A DNA stretch of 63,845 bases, the filler included, from Bigelowiella natans CCMP2755 (taxonomy: Eukaryota; Protista; Cercozoa), in NCBI GenBank assembly GCA_000320545.1. It is 5 parts of 5 records of this genome, joined end to end, with 100 filler letters (N's around TTAATTAATTAA, not from the genome) between each part and the next. Parts side by side here need not be neighbours in the genome. Positions count along the whole stretch, not along the records: positions 40,640 to 47,502 come from ADNK01000801.1; positions 47,603 to 61,639 come from ADNK01000486.1; 3 more parts are not named here. One strand, given 5' to 3'. The notes below the pieces were generated by a model that made no database searches, was not told the DNA's origin, and saw only the letters and a list, made by a program, of their open reading frames with translations. Positions 43,640 through 55,787 of the stretch are shown here, in pieces. A program made the position numbers and the translations under genes. Each line of letters starts with the position of its first letter. The first letter of the stretch is position 1.

Positions 43640-46600
43640 CTGATTTCCGTGCATCGGTGAGGCGTTCTTGAGCCAGTTCGAGGCACTGCATTTCGCACGC
43701 TGCAAGTGTCATGTCACGCTTTGGAGATGCAGTTTTTCATCATTGTTCTCATTGTTCTCATTGTTCTCATTGTTCTTCTCACGTGAATGTTTCGAAAAAG
43801 GTGGAGACACGCCGTCACACGCTTTTTCCATGCAAAATGGGAACAAACTTGACTTTGCCATGGACCAGCACAAGTCATTGTTTGATTCCTCAGGTGCAAA
43901 TTTTTCATCTGTGCCAATGAAAAGTGGTGAAATTGATTTCAGCAAAATTGATGAATTGGCTTTTGAAAACGAACAGTTCCAATGCACCGACACTGTCGAC
44001 TAGTCGAGTCTCCGAGAGACGACATTGCTGCGGATGGACTGTGGCGAGACGGGTGTGACGAGTTGGTCAAACCTTTTCAATTGTCACCCATTGTGGACAA
44101 CACAGGATGCAATGCACATCACGTGTGCTTGACGCCGTTGCTGTGTCCACCATTGCAAACATTGCACACACACGTCTGGACGTGCACAGAGATTTGCGTG
44201 CACACGTCCCAAAGTGAACATTTGATGGGGTTCAAATTCATTGAGCGGGGTGGTGCATCATCCGCAACATCTGCAATGACACGCACGTACATTGTGCATG
44301 TGCAGTCGGTGTCAATGTGTGTTCACAAACCCGATGCATGCTCAATGTCCATTCACATGTGCACAACACTCTTCAGAATGCATGCAACATGGCATGAACA
44401 CAATGAGCACGTGCCAGCGTGTGTGATGTTGCTGTGTCCATTGTGTCCCAATGTGGTTGTGCAAGCCTGCGGCTGGAGTGCTCACGCCAGCACGTTGCAC
44501 TTGTTGGAGACTGCAGCACTGCCAGTCCATGTGGCCTCACTTCGGTCAATCCGCTCCATTTGCTGGACCAAAACGAGACTCGCCAAGTGTGTCGCAAAGT
44601 GTGGCGTGTTGACGCGTTGGGCAGCATTGTTGGAGCGATGTGCAATGGACACGTGGTGTGCATTTTTGTGTGTGCCATGCACGCTGGCACGCATGGTGTG
44701 CGCTGGCACGTGCACGTGTTGCATCTGCACACGTTCATTGCGTTCAGTGCGTGTCCAGCGCGTGTCCGTGCGTGTCGTCACGTGCCACGTGCTGTGCACT
44801 GCTTTGTCTGGCAGGATTCGATCCAAGATCTCACACATGCACATGCCAGCATGATGGAAGTGGACACACAATGTGACACACATTTCACGTGTGTCCTGTT
44901 GACAGTGTCCACTGTGCACGCACAGCATGGGCACGTGGGTTCCGGCGGGACCCATGGCAGCACACCGGAAGTGTGAGACGGATGTGATGAAGAATCAAAT
45001 TTTTTCAATGGTCATCCTGATGTAGCTGTGCAATGCAGCGGCTACAGCGCTAATGTTGCATCTGTTGGTTTCTGCACAATGTGTTTCATGCATTTGAAAG
45101 CGTCTCATGCGACGATGTGCGCGCACTGCGCGCAGCAGTTCTGGATTCAATTTCAGCCTTTGTCAACCGGTTCGTGTCGTCGTTGCGATTCATGATCGCG
45201 CGCATTTGATTGCGCAATCTGATTTGTTCTCGACCATGTGTTGGACATTGCAGGAGATGATCCATGTCCTTCAGGATGCCACATGCATCGCACGTGGCAT
45301 CTTCCTCTGTGCATTGTCCACGTGACAGCATGAATTTGCCAAGATTGCCGACACCACAGATGGCGCGCATCCATGATGTAGCAACACTTGGAAGTTTCAG
45401 TTTGATGCCGGTGATCGAAGATGACGGGAGGAAACCAAGATTCTTGAGATGCACAGCGCGCAATGAATCATTGGACCATTCCTCTTCGAATTCGTTGAAA
45501 GCACAAGATTTCATCACCTTGTGATGTTTTTTCAGTTCTTTTTTCAGCGCCTCTGTTGTCGCCAAAACGGTGGGCAATTCGTCACCTAACAACGGAAGTG
45601 TGCTGCCCCACGTGCGGCGGCTTCGCGAAAGCTTCGCGAATGATCACGTGGTGCACGATTTGACAAACATGATCATTTTGATGAAAATGCATTGACTCTT
45701 CAAAAGGAAGCAAACGTGCCTTCCCCCCCCCTGCCTGCTTGTGCACGCAGCGCCTCGACCTGTGAGCACCTTGCGCGCAACACAGCGTGTTGGAGTGCTT
45801 TGCACTCAGCGCGCGAAGTGCTTGCTCGTGCAGTCGGCTGCAACGGCAGAGAAATCTGCGGGCGTTTGCAGGCCGCGACAAGCACGCAGCAAGAGGCTGT
45901 CAGTGCAGGCGAGTTCTGTGCCTGCGACACGCAAGTCGCGGCACATCGCTGCACGTGGCCCTTTGTGCCGACAAAGGAAGCAGGCACAGCTGCCTGCCTC
46001 GATGGCAGCACAATGCATCGCTGCGTGATGCATGTGGTTTGGGCACTTTCCCCTGGTCAGCGAACCTGGCGCGTGTTGATGTGTGACTTGTGCTGCATGC
46101 GTGAACAAACAAGTCAACACATCAACACAGAATTGAAACAGACCACCGTCTGTCTCCCCCTTCTGCTTGCTGCTTTGCTGCTTGTGCCTGCCGCCGCAAC
46201 GCTGCCCCTGCCTGATCTTCCAACACAATGATGTCCTCCAAGTTCAACTCTCATCCCCAGACCACGCGTTCTGCACCTCTGAAGCTGTTGCACGCGGGGC
46301 ATCCACTTTCCTGTCCTGCGACACCCTCGGCAGCGATCACAAACAACAAGCAGTGGCACTCCCACGATGGGGTGTGAAGCCGCCCCAACCACTGCCTGAA
46401 CGTTCATGGAACAGGTCCAGGGACCGCACGCAGCAAGCCCTTGGTCAAGCTCTTGTGGCAAGCTCGTTGTTGTTCGAAGTGATGACGACGATTCGAGTGC
46501 CACTGACAGGGCTCCCTGTGCGATGCATGGAGACTTGGACGCGTGCTTTTGCAGCCAAACGCACATGTGGATTCATCAACAATTCATCGCGACAGACATC

Positions 46601-46900
46601 CATTTCGACTTTCATGCTTTTTCCCCGCCCGCAACTGCACATGCATGCTAGCATGGATGCATGGTGATCGATCTTGGCAAGTGCGTAGCCTACATCTAAT
46701 CTGTCTTGCATGTGCGGCTTCTTGTCGCATTGATGTGAGCCAGAACACAACGCAGAGCCATGCCAGCGTGTAAACTTTGCAGCGCTCCATGATGCTGCAT
46801 GTTGCAGAGTGCCGCTGCACGTACAACCATGCCCGTGTGCTCATGCGGAGCAAGAGCATGCAAAATTTTCACATGTCAGATGTCATGATGCATGTCAACT
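43640..46900. mobile_element. TpA-depleted repeat of unknown class, interrupted by a truncated LINE
   Basis: About 7 TA in 43640-46640 (manual count); dense overlapping C/H/M-rich pseudo-ORFs; includes a 9-bp tandem repeat (CATTGTTCT)x4 at 43741-43776. Confidence 0.6.
44976..45592 (-). mobile_element. 5'-truncated LINE copy (CCHC region and 3' end) with 10-bp target-site duplication CGGAAGTGTG
   Basis: Nearly identical to 55788-56410; direct repeat at 44966-44975 and 45593-45602. Confidence 0.92.
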
Positions 46901-46964
46901 TATGAACTGTGACAAGACAATTTGAGGTCACCAGAGTTATATTACACGCACACAACACACATGT

Positions 46965-47006
<42 letters not shown>

Positions 47007-47157
47007 TATGTATAATATTCATCTTCTTCTGACTTTTATATATCACCATTTTCCTCACTCCACATCTCCTATCGTCTATCGAGCTACGGATGCTGCCCGA
47101 AGAAAATGAGTACAACTCGTGAAAGGATGTAGATCGGCATGACTGATGAGGAGCGCG

Positions 47158-47199
<42 letters not shown>

Positions 47200-47288
47200 A
47201 GTCCGCAGGTAACGATGGGCGCGTTTCGATTATGAATTTTAATAATCATGCGCCAATCAGTACTTCATCTATATATGTATAAATATTA

Positions 47289-47326
<38 letters not shown>

Positions 47327-47502
47327 CAATAAGGGGTGCATGGAATTTCCGATGGATGACGCGCATGGAGTGCATGTTTGCGACGTCGCTCCGGAAGGCA
47401 CGTGTGGGGTGGCCGTCCCCTCCACCTCCTCCTCCTCCTCCTGTGGGGGCCGTACTTCTCGACTACGTTTTTTGTACCGCAATACCCCTCCGAATATGTC
47501 CA

Positions 47503-47602
47503 NNNNNNNNNNNNNNNNNNNNNNNNNNNNNNNNNNNNNNNNNNNNTTAATTAATTAANNNNNNNNNNNNNNNNNNNNNNNNNNNNNNNNNNNNNNNNNN
47601 NN
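47503..47602. other. Assembly gap (N run with TTAATTAATTAA spacer)
   Basis: 100-bp N block. Confidence 0.97.
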
Positions 47603-47647
<45 letters not shown>

Positions 47648-47712
47648 CAGGCAACAGCGCACAACACATCGTCATGTCTTGTGCGTGCTTGCGTGTGCAT
47701 AATCTTGGCAGG

Positions 47713-48116
47713 GATTACCGTCAACAAGTCGAATGGCGACATCTTCTGGTGAGAAGAAGAAAAGAAGATGATAATGATGTTGTTGATGATGATGACAACG
47801 ATTATGAGGGAGCGTGTATTTTAAGTGTTTACGATCATGCTTGCATGCTACTAATGATAGAAGGAAAGAAAGAAAGAACTACTGAGGGGTAGTAATATCG
47901 TTCTTGTTGAATGGGTTGTGACTGTTGCTTCTTCTCTTCTTTCTCAATTCTTCTTTCCTCTCCTTTTCTCTCGCTCCATCCCTTGGTTTGTGTTGTTCTC
48001 CCTCTTTCTCCTTCCTCTTCTTCTTTTTTACCAGGTGCCAGCACTACGAGCACTCAGTAATCAAACTAACCAAGGACCGGGATATCTCGCGATTTGCGGG
48101 TAGCAACGATAAGGAA

Positions 48117-48150
<34 letters not shown>

Positions 48151-48743
48151 ATACACAACTATCTATTGCCTCTACAATGATGCAGAGATGGGACGTAAAA
48201 TATGATTCCCTGACGATAACAAGAAACGTGACATCCCTGACCCTTCTCTCGTCTTTTTCCTTATTTTTAATTCTTACCACCCACCGTCTTCTCCTCTCTG
48301 TGGCGGCGTTGTTATCGGAGCGCAGCACTGTCAATGCGACCAGCAATCCTGATGCCCCCCCCCCCCCCCCATTCCTTCTCTTCCTCTCTCCGCATCGTTA
48401 TCTTGATCATTTTGCCATGACGACGATGTTGTCACCTCGCAGGGAAGGGTTGCACGGATCCGTTGGTGCGGCTGAACGGATGGGCCGACGGTACATTATA
48501 ATATCGCTTTATCAATATTAGTGTTATTGTTATCACTGTGTAGGACAGCGAGCTCGTAAAATCAATTAACCAGTACTTGTAGCTTGTTGAGCGACAATAT
48601 CCCCCCCTCCACCCCCCCCCGTTTCTTTCCCCCCAACGCGGAACAGGACCGCTGGATACACCGGGCGTCGGATTTAGCTTCCCTGAAGATGTTGCTCTGG
48701 ATGGCCACGGCAATGTCTGGGTAGTAAGTATGAGTAGTAGTTA

Positions 48744-48775
<32 letters not shown>

Positions 48776-49109
48776 TGGGGAGAAGTATTGGCAGCTCTTG
48801 CTACTATTTCTGAGGATAGCACTATTTCTGGGAAAGGAGGGGGGGGGAGTCATGTTAGGGAAACAGTTCATGAATAATAGTAGTGATGAAACAAAGGAGA
48901 GGTACTTCTCCTGTGCCTACATCCACATCGCCTCATTCCCCTCCTTCCCCTCCTCCTCCTTCTCCTCCTTCTCCTCCTCCTGCATCCTTATAACTCATTG
49001 TAAGGTGACGGACAAGGAAAACAACAAGATCCGGAAAGTCATCAAGCCGACATCGGAGGAAATCGAGTACTAAATATTCCAATATATGATGCGCGTGCAC
49101 GCGCATGTG

Positions 49110-49158
<49 letters not shown>

Positions 49159-49622
49159 TTTGGTCTGCCAGTGTATGATGCATGATGTCGTCGTCGTGTT
49201 GTTAGACTTCTGTTTAATCTTCTTAATCTTCTTTATTCACCATGTCCTCCTCCCCCTCCCCCTCCTGAACAGAGATGGACACGACTCAGCCACCTTGTAC
49301 ACGATCGCAGGCAACCTCACATCGGGGGTGGGTTCCCTACCTACCTACCTACTTACCTACCTACCTACGTCTTTCGCCTTTCCCCCCTTGTGCTTCTTCA
49401 CAATGGTGTCTCCCCTTCCGTCAATTTGAAAATGAGAAGCGAGTGGGTGGGTGGGTGGGTGGGAGAGGGGGTAACGTAAAAGGTGCGGATACTGCGGAGT
49501 AAGCGTGGATGTTTTCTCTTCATCGGTAGGACCGGGACGGCCCTGCCCGTAGAGCGACTCTCTCGCGGCCGTACGTGCAACCATTAAACCACATGCGAGC
49601 ATTGCTCTGAGAAAACAAAAAT

Positions 49623-49655
<33 letters not shown>

Positions 49656-50824
49656 CACACACGTCACACACACACACACGCGTGTATATTTCCCCGTGAA
49701 TCACATGGAAGTCCATCTTCATCGACCTAGACGAATAATGCCTGAAAGAGCCGCATTGCTAATCGCCGCCTTTCATCCCTGGCTGCTGTCTGAGCTGGTG
49801 CTCTTTCTTTCCACGTGCTGTCCCGTTACCATCTATCAATTGCTGTGCCTCTTTCTCTCTCTCTCTCCCTCTCCCTCATGTCGCAGGCATGGAATTGATC
49901 TGGATTCGAAGGGCAACGTGTACTGGACAGAACCTTGGACGAGCAAGTAGGATGCATTTCCCCAACCCCCTCTCCCCCAAACGACGCAGCGAGCATGATA
50001 TGCCGTACGCCTGAGAACGGAACTTAAATTACACTCTGTCTTGTGTGCTGGCTGCTGCCGACCCCTCGCAGGATTCGACGTTTCGTCCCTCCAAAGAAAC
50101 AACGGGTTGATTTTCTTCCAAAGCGCGCACCCGGCGGGGAGATAGAGAGAGAATGACAACGAATGATACTTATAGCAAGAAGAAGGAGAAAATTAAGAAG
50201 AAGAAGAAGAAGAAGAGGGATATTGCTAACAATAATACAACGCTGAGAACGAAGACTTCCGAGGGATTTCGCTTCGATCTCCCCTCTACGCTCCTTGACC
50301 TTCTCGCCGTTGAAACCATTATGATGCTCATCAACACGGCCACGAGTTTCTGCTTTCCTCCTCCCCACCACTACCACACCAGCACTACCAACACCTCATC
50401 ATTCTTCATTTCTACAGTACATGCTGCCATCGTGCACGGGGGGGCAGCAATATGTGGACACCGGGACGATTCCGGTAGCTTGCTGATAGTGAGGAGAGAG
50501 GCGGGGGGGGGGGGGGGGCTGGGGGAGGTGAAGGTAATGCCGCGTGTTGGTGATGATGTTGTCGCTGGCTGGCGTGTCATATAGGGTCCTCGTTGGGGCT
50601 CCTACGAGGATATGGAATGGTTAGACAGGTGTGAGTGAAAACAGTATTAGTGGTGTGGTGGTGGTAGTCTTCGCGCTTCTGATTGTGTTAGGGATCCGTC
50701 GATAGTTTACATATTTTTGAATGACGGAATGGTGTTGAACGACACTCCCTCGACCCCCCTCCCCCCTCCTCTTTCCCTTACATACACGACGCACACACGC
50801 ACAAAAATACACGCGTATACGCTC

Positions 50825-50866
<42 letters not shown>

Positions 50867-51046
50867 ACGCACACAACACATTGGCAACTGGCTGATGGCG
50901 GTCTGTGTGGTTTTGCTTGTTCTTCTACCATAGCGACCCATGCGAGATAGACTACAAATTCTTCCTCCATTACCATGGCGACAACTGCCGATGTGCTACG
51001 CACGTGAGGTGAGAAGGGACAGGGAAAGATGGGGCAAGAGCAACCG

Positions 51047-51080
<34 letters not shown>

Positions 51081-51300
51081 GATTTAGGAATACATATACA
51101 ACATTAGCTATGAGGAACACTGATGAAATGATGACAATATCCTCTCCTCCTCCTCCTCCTCCTCCTCCTTCTTCTCCTCCTCCTCTTCCTCCTTCCCTGT
51201 CTTCTTCTCCTCCTTCTTAACGCATCATTGGACTACTCTCTACTTTCTCTTCATAGGCGAGAGAAGAATTATATCGACCCTCGCGATCCGACGGGGAAAA
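47713..51300 (+). CDS. NHL-repeat beta-propeller protein with many short exons; ends uncertain
   Basis: Exons encode GITVNKSNGDIF, FSFPEDVALDGHGNVW/VTDKENNKIRKV, LYTIAG, DGPARRATLSRP/HGIDLDSKGNVYWTE, typical of NHL repeats. Confidence 0.7.
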
Positions 51301-51441
51301 GTAAGCTTTTGAGTAGTAGTTAGTTCGACGATTGATCATGAAAAATAGTGCTCCCTTCTTGGGAAAGGGCCGCAGAGGAAGACTACGTGATTAGTGTTGG
51401 GGATCGATTTACCGCCCTTTGGCTAATATTATCGTCATTAG

Positions 51442-51473
<32 letters not shown>

Positions 51474-51557
51474 GTGCTGTTCCATGTGAAACCTATCTTC
51501 AGTGCACGATGATGAGTTGTCGCGGAACTTCCAAATTATGCTCTTCTCGTTTGCCGT

Positions 51558-51602
<45 letters not shown>

Positions 51603-52308
51603 TTACCTACCTTTCAAAGAGGGCTTTGGCGGACCGTAAGAGAACGATAAAAAAAAAGAAGATAAAGAGAAGGGCAGACTGATAATAATGATTCATTACT
51701 ATTAATGATAATAATAACCATTACGGAAAGAAATGTCGAGGCAAAACGCACTCGAATGCCTTTATTTTCTCCTTCAAATATAACACTAAAGTGAACCAAA
51801 GCTAATGACAGGGCGCCGTTCGCGGCCTGCCTCATTTTCTCTCGTTTATTGACTTGCTTCTTTTTCTTCTTCTTCTTTTTCTTCTTCTTCTTCTTCTTCG
51901 ATCTCTCTGCATTTAGCTACTATTTTCTCTCCCGCTCCTCGCAGTCAATCCACGTGAGTGTAGTAGCAGCAGCAAACCACAACGACGACGATGACAACAA
52001 CAACATCAACAACAACAACAGCAGCAGCAGCGGCAGCAGCAGCACCAACACGAACGACAAGTTCCCCGGCGGCTGTTTCCCAACCCTCCGTGTGCCAGCA
52101 GCAGCAAGAAGTATACACTCATACTCAACAACATATACTACTACAACTACTCCTCCTCCTCCTTCTCCTCCTCCTCCTCGCTAGAGCTCTTGGGACACGC
52201 TGGGTAGTGATGTTTCTTCGGAAGCAGTAAGCTCCGATGAGGCACTCAGGCGGAAGAATGAAGGTCGGGGGGAGGGGAAGGAAGGATGTTCCCAAGAGCA
52301 GAGGGGAG

Positions 52309-52361
<53 letters not shown>

Positions 52362-52838
52362 TTAAGAGCGAGAGGAAGAGCTTCATTCAACACACTGCTT
52401 GCTGGTGAGAAATTAGGCAGATCTCTTGTGAAAGATATTCTTCCCACAATCCAAACCCTTCCCCGTCCTCCTACACTTCCTCCCTTTCCCATTTTTAAGT
52501 GAGCGATGAGGAAGAGGGGGCTGAGGACAAGACGGTGCAGGCTAAGTTTGCTCAGATAGGTTGTTATTCGGACTCCCTTCTGCTTTTCTTTTTCTGTTTC
52601 TCCTCCTCCTCCTTCGTCATCATCATCGTAATCATCATCCTCTCTCTTGCGTCTTAATTGTATTGTATATCCTTCTCTGGGAAGGAAGCATGACTACTAT
52701 TTTCAAGCTGCTTCGTTAGATGTTTCCATGCTTTCTTTTGTGCCGGTGTGGGTGGGTTGCGATGGAGTCGTGAAAGAGGAGGGGGGGGGGGATGGCTCGG
52801 GAGCACGCTCTCCCCCTCCCCTCCACTCAGAAGTTGAA

Positions 52839-52928
<90 letters not shown>

Positions 52929-52998
52929 GAGTATTTAATGCTTCTTCGTCCCCCGTCCTTCTATAATATTTGCTTATAAAATTTTAATTTCTGAGTAG

Positions 52999-53399
52999 AG
53001 GCGAAGGGGAAAGCGTTGTCCCAAGCCATGAGCGATATGGACGCGGTTCGTGACCTATTGCCAGGCCGTGGGCTAGACATATCATGATGCGTAGATCACA
53101 CCGCACACTCTCCGGAGTTGAGGCGATGCTGCAGATGTTGCATATTACTTTTACCCGCTCTGCGATATTTTTCACCTTCCCTCCTCACTGATTTCTGCGT
53201 CTGCCTCTTAGCTCCGTTATATGAAGGACAAGGCAGGGGGGGAGGGTCAGGTACGGAATGTGCGTGATGGAGGCAGTTTTCTTCTTTTCTTTTTTCGCAA
53301 ACAATTCGAATTATCCTAATTCGTCTTTTTTGCTCGAAAGTAAAAATGTTTCTTGGAATAATGTAATGAGCATATAATTCGTAAAGTACTGCCATTCAT

Positions 53400-53456
<57 letters not shown>

Positions 53457-55333
53457 GAGTGAGGGAGAGAGGAGAACACTACTTTACGTTTCCATACACG
53501 GCATTTTTCAATACAACATTTCACCGTTCACGCGTGTGTTTTCTCCCTCCCTTGGCAAAGAATGTGGTAGCAAAACATGCGCAGAAGAAAAAGGAGGAGG
53601 ACGGTATAGAGGCGACGCAGCAGCGACTAGAATCCTCTGACATAGGAATGGACGAGGTAAAATCAACAAATTAAAACAAAAATATGCTGCTCAAGAATAC
53701 GGGGAAGAGACGATGATGGGGACACTACTGATGATGGTTTTGGCCCCGCAACAGAGCTGCCTTGTATTTGTCAATTCCATTTTTCAATTCTTCCGCATTT
53801 GATGACGACAAAATTCTATGAAATTGTGGGATAACCTGTGCATTTGGGGGGGAAAAAGGTGTTAGAAAAGCACGAGGATTTATCGACGCTTCATCAGCCG
53901 AGGTTATGATTGTGAGATTTCCACTGCTACTGTTACTGTCTGCCTAGTCCCTTCTCCCGATTCCCCTCGCTTGATTTCTACTTGCAGTTTCTTCCTTTCT
54001 CCTCCCTCTGCCTCTTCTTGTTGATTTCCTTTCTAATTGCATCCAACTGCCTCATTTACTAATTTCCTCTCTCCTATTGCTATTCTATCCCTCCCCCCCC
54101 CCCCCTTCTTCACTTTTCGTTTCTGACTGATGCAGAACACGGAAATCGAAGAGAATAGAGGATTATCTCAGTCGAGGTTAGGCAGCAGCCCGCGCATTAG
54201 AGCCATTTATACTAGCCAGCTTGTATGAACATTGCAGCTTCTCTAGGGGTATCATCAAATACAACCCAAAATCCACGAATAACGGTATCTAGAATGGAGA
54301 GGGGAAAATGTGTTTTCCAAAAACAAAGCGATGTGTTTTTTTTTACGGTACTACTACAACATTGAGTTTTGTCCCGGCAACGTCGCATGACATGAATTAT
54401 CGGTGTTTTTTTGCGCTCAATTGCGGACTCAAGTGAGAAGATTCCGCTTCGATGATGTACTTGATTATGAACATGATCATGATCATTTCAATCATCAAAT
54501 CAGCTCAATTCGAAGACGAGGAATTGTTGGAAAATGGAGCAGCTAAGGACGAGGAGACGGCAAGAGAAGGCTGCGAGGTTTATTTGACGTATTCCTTTAA
54601 ATGGTTCCCATAGCGACCCGCTGCATAATAAATCATTTGTACGTTACGCTTGCCTTTCTTTCTCCTCTCCCTCTTTCCTTCTTCCTTCACCTCATGTAGG
54701 AAGTAAACACGGACACCACCTTATGTGATTCCATGGAGGACCAGGTGATCTTACGAAATGAATTGTGATGAATACCTAACGGAGCGGTGGGAGAGATGGG
54801 AAAGAGGAGCAGAGGGATTCGTTCGTTTGCATTATTCTAAAAGCTACTGGTATTTATTGGACCAGCCTGACAACAAGCACATCCCCGGCATGGAGACTCT
54901 TCCTGGCGATGAGGATGCACCGGTACGCCGCAACACAGAGGAGGAGGAGGAGGAGGAGAAGGAGGAGGGTTAAGAGGAGGAGGAGGAGTTGATGCGAAAG
55001 AAAGGACCGGATTTTGTTCATGATATTTTATTTGTGTTGCTCATCAGGTAAAATTGTCGGATATTGAGTTCCTAGGTCCAAGTGCAATGCAGGTGTGCAA
55101 AGCAACGAACGCACAATGTTTGCTCCCGCTTAACTTTTCTTATTTTCGTCATTTGTGCTGGATTCCATTCTATCCCAAAATTCTAGAAGCACCGAGAGTA
55201 GTCATGTCACCACTGTTTGTCCCTTCATCCACACACTCTTGATTACTCCCAATGATATCTATGCATCCAGGCTCTAGAAGAAGAGCAGCGGAGGTTTCGA
55301 GAGGAAGAGAGAAACAAGCCGGCAAAACGATAG
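52999..55333 (+). CDS. Multi-exon hypothetical protein, 3' part
   Basis: AG/GT-bounded coding-like segments such as YWYLLDQPDNKHIPGMETLPGDEDAP, VKLSDIEFLGPSAMQ and ALEEEQRRFREEERNKPAKR*. Confidence 0.4.
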
Positions 55334-55787
55334 ATAGGGTGCACGGGATGCAAGCATCCTTGTAAGTCACGATTGTGATCAGGTAGTTTGTTCCAAAAAA
55401 TATTATATCGCCCAAACTACACGGGGAGCTAATAACATGTGTTCTTATCACCACATCCACTGCAACAAAATTAAATTATGACTGACGCTTCTTGTCAAGC
55501 ACAAGCAAGGGCGACGCCTCAGCTATATGTCCATCGAGATGACCCAACGAGCATGGCTAGTACGTTGTTGTTTGATGATTCCCTACCAGCGTTCTTACTT
55601 GTATGCATACCTCTAGCTAGCGCCTGTCTTTGCATCTAGTCCGCTGCTTGTCACATGCTGCGTGCTACCCTATACGTTCTATAGCCCTATAAGGCTAATA
55701 GCGTACACAGATGCGAATATATGTAGTTCCCGTACACAAATGCGTCGCAGCATATGCCACCTGTACGTGTAGCTAGCTGCTGCTATG

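Noticed and set aside
43982-44976. Long overlapping Cys/His/Met-rich ORFs (290, 185 and 157 aa), and similar ones at 15513-16323 and 45692-46667
   Set aside because: Artefact of TA loss: TAA and TAG stops cannot occur and TG/CA-rich codons dominate. These are not metal-binding proteins.
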